62,000 nucleotides of DNA from contig MU058824.1 in assembly GCA_013265495.1 (NCBI GenBank), positions 4,615,111 to 4,677,110 of the forward strand. The letters are read 5' to 3'. Numbering within the stretch: position 1 is the stretch's first letter; the number at the start of each line of letters is the position of its first letter. A model generated the notes under the pieces. It was not told the origin of the DNA. It made no database searches and was given only the letters and a program-made list of their open reading frames with translations. The position numbers and the translations under genes are program-made. This document shows positions 53,150 to 62,000 of this stretch, one piece after another. This DNA is from Vicugna vicugna (lineage: Eukaryota).

Positions 53150-54285
53150 ACTGTAGTGATACACCTTCTGTGTTCCCTCCAACCACCTGGCAGTTCTCTA
53201 TCAGCTCTTCCCTTTCTACCTGTCCATTGGGGTGACTGGTGCTTCTTGAGGCTCTACTCCAGATTATCTCTGCTCAACTCTCTGTCTACAATTCTATCTA
53301 TAACCATGATTCCAATAACCGCTTCTATATGCCAAGAATGAATTACCAGTCCATTTCTGTCAGCTCTGAATTAATATATCCAATTGCCTACTGGATGTCT
53401 TCACCTGATAGACTTGTAAACACTTCAAACTCCAATGTCCAAAACCTGGCATGTGATTTTCCCTGAAAATAGCTTCCCACCCTAATGTTCTCTTACTCAG
53501 TAAATGACACCACCATCCACCCACATGTTCAAACCAAAAACCTGAGTCATCCTTGAATTCTCCATCTCCCTTACTCTCCACATCCATGTCTTGCTGGATA
53601 TTCTTCCAAAATATGCCATGCACTTCTCCACTACCTCTGCCCTACGTAGTCCAAACCACCATCATCTTTCACCTGGACTAATGTAAACAGTCCCTTAACT
53701 TGTCTCCCAGCATCATGTGTTTACCCTCCCCATCTACTGCCTATAATAAACAGCCAAAATGCAGTGCTGGCAAAGTCATTCCTCTGAGTAAAACACTTGA
53801 ATGGCCTTCCCTTGGTAGGGATGAACTATGAACACCTTATCATGGATTTCAAAGTGCTCCATGATCTGGCCCCTGCCTACCTCTTCAGCCTTGTCTCACA
53901 TCACATCCCTCCACTCCTTCTCTAGGCTCCAGTTACACTGAACTTATTTCATTCCTTTTATATCTATCACCCTTGCATATACTGTTCCCTCTGTCTGAAG
54001 CATTCTTCCCATCTTTCACCTGATCACCTCAAAATCATTCTTAAGGTAAGTGTTAACATCACTACTTTTATAGACAAGGTCCCCCCCAATACACACATTG
54101 TATTCCAATAATACTCTATTTTCTCAGTACTATTTTTCAAATTTAATATTGCTCAAACATCATTATATTTATTTGTGTTTATTCCCTCATCCCAACAAAA
54201 TGCTGTATTCTCAGTGCCTAGGACAGTATAAGGCATAACAGACTCAATTAATATGAGAATAAATAAGAAAAATGAATAAATGACA
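53150..54285 (+). mobile_element. L2 LINE 3' ~1.1 kb
   Basis: tatccaattgcctactggatgtct...aaacctgagtcatccttgaattctcc...ccatgatctggcccctgcctacctct...cagtgcctaggacagt...aatgaataaatga. Confidence 0.75.
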
Positions 54286-55069
54286 AAATCCAAGTCATTT
54301 GGATGGCTCCTCAAAAAATGGGTTCCTCAAGGTGAGGACAACTGAAAGGTGGATGCCAAGGGAAACAGCAGGTCACAAGAATCTGTCCCCACAGGTTTGA
54401 CAGGGCCAGGTGGATGTGTTCCAGGATAGTTCTCCCTTGCCGATGGGTGCAACCAGTGCTGGGACACTGGTGATGCAAGGGTAAGCAGTCCCCTTGCAGC
54501 TGAGTGCACTGAGCTACCTGCTCAGCTGGGCGACATGCCCCTGGCATCTATCCTAACCTACCTCAGATGGGCCCAATCAGCCCTCTGGGAAACAGGGACA
54601 CAGGCCTGCATCATTCCACATCCAGTCCTGCCTTACCTCGTCCAAGGTGGTGGATGAGCCGACTGGCACCTTTTACTCACATGATGGTCTTGTACATCAT
54701 CACAGTTGCCGAAACCCCATCCGTCAGAAGTCCTCAAACCAGTTTAATGTAGTCAAATCTGATCATTTAAACAGTCTTTAAGGTACTGCTCAGACTCTCT
54801 TGAATAAAAAGTGCTTGGTCTCTCAGATAGCTACCTCTCCCCCTGCTTCCCTACCTAGAGGCGGAGCTGGATGGACGAGGGGAAGGGGATTTCTTAGCAG
54901 CAAGTAAGAGTTGAACTCCTTGAGCAGGTGGTCCTCTGGTTCCCTATATCTTCAGAGCAAAGTTCCTTTGCCCCTGTTTGCTGCTGACTCTGCTGGCAAC
55001 AGGGCCAACTTCACAGCTTGTGTTAACTCAAGGGTCCAAGGTTCTCTCCCAGCCTAAAAACTGCCTGAG

Positions 55070-55099
55070 TGGCGCCCTCTGGCAGAAAAAATTGCACTG
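55070..55099 (-). promoter_or_regulatory. Candidate CTCF site (core plus upstream motif)
   Basis: Minus strand CAGTGCAATTTTTTCTGCCAGAGGGCGCCA. Confidence 0.6.
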
Positions 55100-56444
55100 C
55101 CTTCCCCAGCACTATCTTTCTGAGTCTGGTTGTGACTATCACACCCCTCAGATGTGTGTATTGTCAGCATAGATGCAACAGAAACACTTCACAGTCTCTG
55201 TTGCACATGGGAAAGGCCCCACATCCTGACCTCCAGGGTCAGACATTTTCATGAAGTCTCACTGATGCCTCTTTGAAATTATCTCTCCATTTAATGCCTA
55301 CATTTATTTTCCTCTTATCTAGTTCCAGTCTTGCCAGGCTCAGCAAGAATGAGTGCCATGATGGACTAATGACATCTGCTATGAACAGATGAGAGGGGAG
55401 TTACACCATGAATGGGGTATGTGCTGGTCCTTAATCTCTTCTTTCTCAAACCCACTAATCCAAATTAATCTGCTCTCTTTATTTGTTATCCACCAAAACC
55501 CTACTTATCTTTCAGAACTAGTTAAAGCTTTATTTCTTCCATGAAGGTCAATCTAAGCCATAGTGGTCTCATCCTGCTCTGAATTAACACCACTCATTAT
55601 CTGGTTTTTCGATATTAGTACTAGGTTATAAATGTTAATAGTAAATAGCACTTATTACTGATACAAGAAGTGATTTGAAGAATGGTGTATCATTGGCACA
55701 AACCATGACTGGTTTTGAGGAAAGATAAGATATCTCATTCTCTGACTATCATGAAAGAGATCTAAGGGTTCTCTGAAGATACCATCAGTAAACTCTTTTG
55801 GGAAAAAGATACCAAAAATAGGACTGGAGACAAAACAAACTGTTTTGCTTAAATCAAGGACAAAAGTATTAAGTCTGGTCACTATATCTCAGCAGTAACG
55901 GGAGCATGAGACCACTTACTCTGATTTTCCATCCTGTGCCGCTATACCATTTCCCATATTGCATTATAGCTGCCTGTATGCAGCCCAAGAGTCCCTTCGT
56001 TCTACAGATCAGTGCCCCTTTGTAGAAGGACGTTCCTGCTCTATTGTACAATAAGATTAAGTACTCCAAGGATTTGAAATACTTCCTTCAATTGAGGAAT
56101 CACAGGTAGAGGCAATAATATTTTCTTGATTTTTGCCATGCATACAATGGATGCTCACTAAAACACAACCTCTCCCACTAAAATGTAGGCTGCATGAAGC
56201 AAGGACATTGTCTAATATGTTCATTACTGAATCTCCAGTGCCTGGTTCACAGCAGGTGATGATATGTATTTCACTAATGAATAGTTAACACTTAATGTTA
56301 GATGAGGACAATAATACACAGAAAAAAAGGTTAATATTTTTGTCCTACAATATATCTGTTTTTAAGAGAGGTATCATCTTTATTTCAGATTCTTGCTTTC
56401 CTACTGCATCTGTTGTGCAGTGAGGACAAAGTTAAAGAAGTGAT

Positions 56445-57615
56445 CAAAATGGGTCATAAACATAAAAAGATCTAAATGTAAATGTTAAAACTATAAAACT
56501 TTCAGATAGAGAAAAATCTTTGTGACTTTGGTGTAAGCAAAGATTCCTTATGCAGGGCACAAAAAAACGCTAACTATACAAGAAAAAAAAGTAAGAAATT
56601 AGACTTCATCAAAATTTAAAACTTCTGTTCTTCAAAAGACACCATAAAGAAAATAAAAAGGCAAGCCACTGATTAGGGGGGAAATATTTTCAATTCATAA
56701 ACTCACAAAGGACTTGTATCCAGAATATATAAAGAACTCTCATAACACAATAACAAGACCATATAAAGAACTCTTACAATGCAATAAGAAGAAATCAAAC
56801 ACTCCAATTTTTCAAATGGGCAAAAATTTAAAAAGACTTCACCAAGAGATATTGATGGAAAAATAGGCACATGAAAAAGTGTTCAGTATCATTAATTGTG
56901 GGGAAATGCAAATTAAAACCATAGTGAGATACCACGACACACCTACTAGAATGATTTTTAAAAACTGACAATACCAAGTACTGATGGGGATGCTGGACTC
57001 TGGAAGTCTCACACAATGCCGGTAAATGTAAAATTGTACAGCCACTTTGGAAAAGTTTGGCAATTAAACATTCCCATATCACAGGACCTAAGATTTCACT
57101 CCTAGGTATTTATCCAAGAAAAATTCAAACACATGTCCACAAAGACTTATATGTAAGTGTTCACAGGAGCTTCCAAAAAGTGGAAAACAACCTAAATTTC
57201 CATCAACAGATGAATGGATAAACTAATTGTGGTATATCCAACTATGAAATACTACTCAATAATAAAAAGGTGAACTATTAATATACACAAAAACATAAAT
57301 GGATATCAAAAACAATACTGAATGAAAGACGCCATACACAGGGTAATACTGTATGAGTCCATTTATATGAAGCTCTACAGGAGGCAAAATTAATTTACAG
57401 TGATAGAAATCTGATCATTGAATGTCTGGGGTGGGATGGGCAGAGACTGATTGCAAAGGGTAAAAGGGGGATTTGGGGAGGGTGACAGAACTGTTCTATA
57501 TGTTGACTGCGGAGATTACTCTGGTGTAAACATCCGTCAAACTCACTGAATTATACCCTTAAAGTGTGTGCATTGTCTTTTATGTAAATTCTATTTCAAT
57601 ACAGTTGAAAAAATA
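56445..57615 (+). mobile_element. L1M LINE 3' end (ORF2 terminus plus 3' UTR), degraded
   Basis: gacttcatcaaaatttaaaacttctg, gggaaatgcaaattaaaacc, catcaacagatgaatggataaac...tgtggtatatcc, ends tatgtaaattctatttcaata...aaaa. Confidence 0.85.
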
Positions 57616-58053
57616 AATCATTTTGCAACAGTTAAAGGGTTATTTAAAAGTCTTTTTTGTTACCAGTAGTGGCTAGCCGACAAATCCTTACAGAAGTTGA
57701 TTGGTTCATTGGTAGTACAGGATCATTCCTGATCCATCAGCCTTCTGAAACATATCAAAGAAATGGATTCTCTGCCCAGTGGAAACAGAGTAGGTGAGGG
57801 AAATTCTTTTCCAAGTCACAGAAGTTAAGAGTGTGAATTTGCACATCCTCTGGTGATTAACCCAAGTTAACTTTTTAAAAAGCATGCCTAAGCTATGATG
57901 AGAATTGGAGAAAGGTATTTTTTATCAGAAGGTTAATGCTTCAAAAGTGAAGAATCCCCACTGTTGGAAAACAAAGCACTTCTGGTACATACTCTGACTG
58001 GGGTCTGGACCTTCCAAAAGGGCAGAAGATAATCTGGCATGTATGCTGGCAGG

Positions 58054-58077
58054 CACACACACACACACACACACACA
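58054..58077. repeat. (CA)n microsatellite
   Basis: cacacacacacacacacacacaca. Confidence 0.85.
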
Positions 58078-59519
58078 AAGGGAGATGTGCAGAAATGTCT
58101 CCCTGGCCACAGTCTTTATGGCACAGGGGAAGAATGGCTCCACCATCAGAGGAACAGGTTGTAAGAAAAGCCAGATGGATATGGTTTCTACTTGCAACCC
58201 AATTCACAAATATTTATTATGATCATTTTTTTAACTGTCAGGCACTGAAAAGGCTTTCTGTACAAGCACAGGAAAGGGAGAAAGCAAAGTAAAACCTACT
58301 AACCGCCCTCCCTCCCTGCCCTGCCTTACACTTCTCCCCTCCCCAATCCCCTTAATTTGTTGCTCCTCAACCCCTAGTAAATGTTAAAACCACACCGAGG
58401 GCTTGGTTGGACCAAAAGAAAAGAAAAGCCCAGGATCCAAGTGTAGAAGGGAAGGGTGATGAAGCCAATTTGTCATTTCTAGTTCCCAGGATCCTAAGAG
58501 TACTCTGATGTCCTTTCAGGCATTTAACTCTCTCACTCTGTGCACAGCTTTGTTGGGAGAGTAAAATCAAATGTTTGCTCTCACTCAACAGAAACCAAGG
58601 AGTTTTCCTAGGGGTTCCTTCCTCTAGATCCTTTCCTGATAGAGCCATAGATGGCCCTTAATTTAAGCTTGACCAGTCAAATAATCTCGTGGGACTTCAG
58701 TTCTTTCAAAGAGTGATCCAAGAGGCAAAGAAACGGCTTGCAGTGGTGCAGGCAAGACAGTTAAGCAGTTCTTTCTCTTATGAGTTCCAAGCCTGGTTCT
58801 TTAGGCTTCCCTTCTATCCTGGGAGGCTCTCCTCAGTGGAGAATTAAGTATTTTAAGTTCCCTCCTTCCTCCCCAGTCCCCCACCCTTTCTAAATCCCTC
58901 TCATCAAACTTAATGTCTATTATCAGTTTGGTGTGGGTTTTTTTCCCCCAGTTTCTACACATCTCATTCTAGTTTTTAAAAAATACAAGTATGTGTCATA
59001 TAAATTGGATTATATTATACTTACTGTAATACAACTTGCTTTTTATGAGCTGCGATCTTCTATTTCTTTTGTATCTTATCATCCCTGATTAAAACTGGAT
59101 ACACAAAAATCCTGTCAAAGTTGGAGTCCAGGGGTAGGGAGGACTCAGTCAATCTCACCATTCAGTAGCCCATTTATTACCCATAACAGAATGGGCTCAA
59201 ATTCAGTTAGCAGAATAAGGATCCAAAAATGCTAACTATGCGTCAAGCTGTAAAGTTCTTACAGGCAATAGGAAGAAGGTTCTTCAGCAGGGAAATCTCA
59301 TGCTGAAGACAATGTTTGATGAGGAATAACGTGGTAACAGTGTATATAACATAAACCAGAAGAAACAGAGATTGGACAGCAGGGAGAGTTCAGTGGCTAA
59401 TAGAGAATAGTGGATCCAAAGAAATAAAATTCTGGATTATAGTGGTGGCCAGAAAAATGGAAAGAAACTTTTACCAAATTTTAAGAAGGTAAACTAGTAG
59501 AGTGGAAGAAACAAATGAT

Positions 59520-59635
59520 TGGAATTAGAGGAGCTAGATCTGAATTCCAACTCTGAAACTTATTAGCTGTACGATCTTTGGCAAGACACTTCCCTGCTCC
59601 ATATATCAGTTTCCCTGTCAATAAATGAAGAATCT
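59520..59635 (+). mobile_element. MIR fragment
   Basis: gatctgaattccaactctgaaacttattagctgtacgatctttggcaagacactt...tcagtttccctgtcaataaatg. Confidence 0.6.
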
Positions 59636-61104
59636 GAAATATCAGGGTCCTGAAGGGTTTTTTGGTTTGGTTTGGGTTTCAGCAGAACACCCACCCCCAG
59701 GAGAAAAAAAAAAAGCAAGATTGCTCAGGGCCCCAGATATGCTTCATTATATTTCTCAACTACCTCTGCATCATTCTTGAGGAATCAACAGAGGACTAGG
59801 GTACAACATTTGAGAACTCTCTAAAGACTCTACTACCAACTCTTAATATCAATGACTTAAGGGGGTAAACTTGGTAGAGGTGCCTAGGAAAATAGTAACG
59901 ACTATAAAAGCTACCACAGAATCATGTAACAGAAAGGGTGAATTGACTTCCAATAAATTTGCCTGTTTCTCCTTATAGGTCAAACCCAATTTAATGTCCA
60001 AAAATCTCATCCAAACCTCGTGCAAATGATAATCTAACCTCTATATAAACAACACAGTCACAAATAATTCACTGTCTAACAGTTCAGCTCATTCCAACTT
60101 GAGGTCCTCTAACTATTCAAATATTCTTTCCTTAATAAGTCAAAATCTGTCCTCCACCACTGTCATCTGGAATAAAGGTCCCTATTCCACCTTCTGGAGC
60201 TAAATCAAGTAAATCTAACCCCTCTTCTACAGGACAGTCCTTCAACTGTTTGAAAAGAGCTATCAAGTCTACTTTACTCCCCACCCTACCCCTTATTCTC
60301 TCTTGCTCTGACCTACCAGGAACGTTCCATGGAGGTGGCCTGCTCCAGTTTTGGATCAATTCAACATTTTTCATGCATCTGAGTACAAGCAGATCTGCAC
60401 TTATTCATGGCTTTAAAGACTTAACCAAATCAGAAGATCTTCCTTAAGAAAAATGACTAGCTTTATAACAAAATGTAAACAGAACCCAAATTCATTATCT
60501 GGTAACTAGTATTTTCCTGGTGAAAATTAGCTGCTCCCAGTCAGAAGTAGATTGCTAAATCTTTTAACGGATAACAAATTGTAAAAACATCTAGCCAGGG
60601 ATCCAAAAAGATCCAAGATTCAAGGTCCAATGAAGCAAGTATAAGTAGTATAAATTAATGGAAGCACCCTGACTCCAGGCTTGTAATCTCATCAGCTCTC
60701 AGGGGGCTTCGTTTGCCATTCCTCATCTCACCATTCCATATTCCATCACCAGAGCTGCAAAATCAGGGTCTATGGCTTGGGCCTGGGTATCTTCCAGTCT
60801 GGATAATTTGGGGATGGGGAATAGGAAGTATGACTGAGTCCCAAAGGAGAAAGCGAGCTGGCACAACCCATCTGTGATGCCTGTGGGAGTGCTGAGCCTT
60901 TATGGTTTCCTGTGCCCCGGTTGTCCTAGTAACCTGAGGCCTCCCTATTTGTGTTGGCATCATGGGGCCAAGAGCGGAAGCAAAGCTGGAGCACCAGGAA
61001 GACTCGCAGGAAAAAAATGTGGGTAATGCAGCAGTTATGCCACAGGAGGGTCAACCCTAGGGCATAAGAATTACCAGGTTGGGGAGGGGGGCTGCTATCT
61101 CATA

Positions 61105-61190
61105 AAAATCAGTTTCCAGATACTGCTTCTAGCATTTCTGATTCAGTAGGTGTAGGATGGGCTCAGAAACCTGCAATTTTAAGAAGCCAC
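61105..61190. mobile_element. MER5A-like hAT fragment
   Basis: tttctgattcagtaggtgtaggatgggctcagaaacctgcaattttaagaagc. Confidence 0.6.
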
Positions 61191-61292
61191 CTCCTACGAA
61201 GTAAGACAAAGATCACACTTTTGAAAACAAATCAGTAGCTGGGGAGAAAAAGTGTAACTATCTGCCAATTTCAGAAAGCTGATATTATAGCA

Positions 61293-61506
61293 TAGTAGTT
61301 CTGAATGCAGGGGTTGGGGTGAGATTTCCCCTCCAGAGGACATGTGGCAATGTCTAGAGACATTCTGGGTTGTCACAACTGAGAGGGTACCTCTGACATC
61401 TAGTAGGTAGAGGCCAGGGATGCTGCTAAACATCCTACATTGCAAAGGATTGCCCCCTGCAACAAAGTATTATCCAGACCAGAACGTTGGTGTCATGGTT
61501 GAGAGG
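61293..61506 (+). mobile_element. MER20 hAT-Charlie element
   Basis: ggacatgtggcaatgtctagagacattctgggttgtcacaactg...catctagtaggtagaggccagggatgctgctaaacatcctaca. Confidence 0.85.
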
Positions 61507-62000
61507 ATATTCTGCCCCTCAACCCCATTACCCTCAATCCACAGAAATCCACACACTCTTGGGTCACAGTACAGAGTCTTAGATGAGGTCCCCTGGAAAT
61601 AATTTGAGACCCTCAAAATGATTTTTAATAGTGAATGTTATTAAATATATGAATAAAAGGAGATGAGAACAACAATCAACAAAGGGAGGTAGGTATGGAC
61701 AACAATGGTGAGCCAAGAGGGGACTCAAAGAAGGATGAAGCACTGGGTAAAATCGTGGGAAATGAATGCTGCTTCCTTGGTGGATGCAGCCCACCCACAT
61801 GCAGAGGACTGGTGAAGAGAAGATAAACCTATTAAAATAACATATACGCCAAAATAAGAAAAACAATAATGAAAGAAAATGGATAAGGGAAATGTGAAGA
61901 AGTATCTTTAGGATTTGCCAAGAACAGATCTGGAATGAAAAGAATACATTAGAGCTGCTTCTGTAAGAGTGCTAAACAGAGACTCTGGCAATGATAAGAA

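Noticed and set aside
42000..62000. Many 60-150 aa ORFs upstream of NPR2
   Set aside because: No recognisable domains or exon chains; most overlap old repeats.

Overview
This is mammalian (eukaryotic) genomic DNA, orthologous to the human 9p13.3 cluster and shown here in reverse orientation. Gene order: the 5' part of TMEM8B (minus strand; coding exons 1-3, the rest lies left of the window), FAM221B (plus; head-to-head with TMEM8B), HINT2 (plus; 5 exons, 163 aa), SPAG8 (plus; 7 exons, 452 aa) and a complete NPR2/guanylyl cyclase-B gene (minus; 22 coding exons, 1047 aa, tail-to-tail with SPAG8). An 893-N assembly gap (40832-41724) lies in the NPR2 CpG island. The remaining ~20 kb has no recognisable gene and is rich in ancient repeats (L2, MIR, L1M, hAT-Charlie, Tigger, MER20). 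I derived all exon boundaries by hand from GT-AG sites and checked reading-frame continuity. Comparisons to human proteins are from memory and need alignment. I see no new biological system. The most notable points are: a 15-bp tandem duplication with a frameshift that rewrites the SPAG8 C-terminus; a phased array of 11 same-strand CCAAT boxes at the HINT2 promoter; an APE-to-SPE change in the NPR2 kinase-homology domain; RFX X-boxes at both FAM221B and SPAG8; two in-phase terminal acceptors and an open in-frame intron in FAM221B; and a CTCF-like site carrying the upstream motif.
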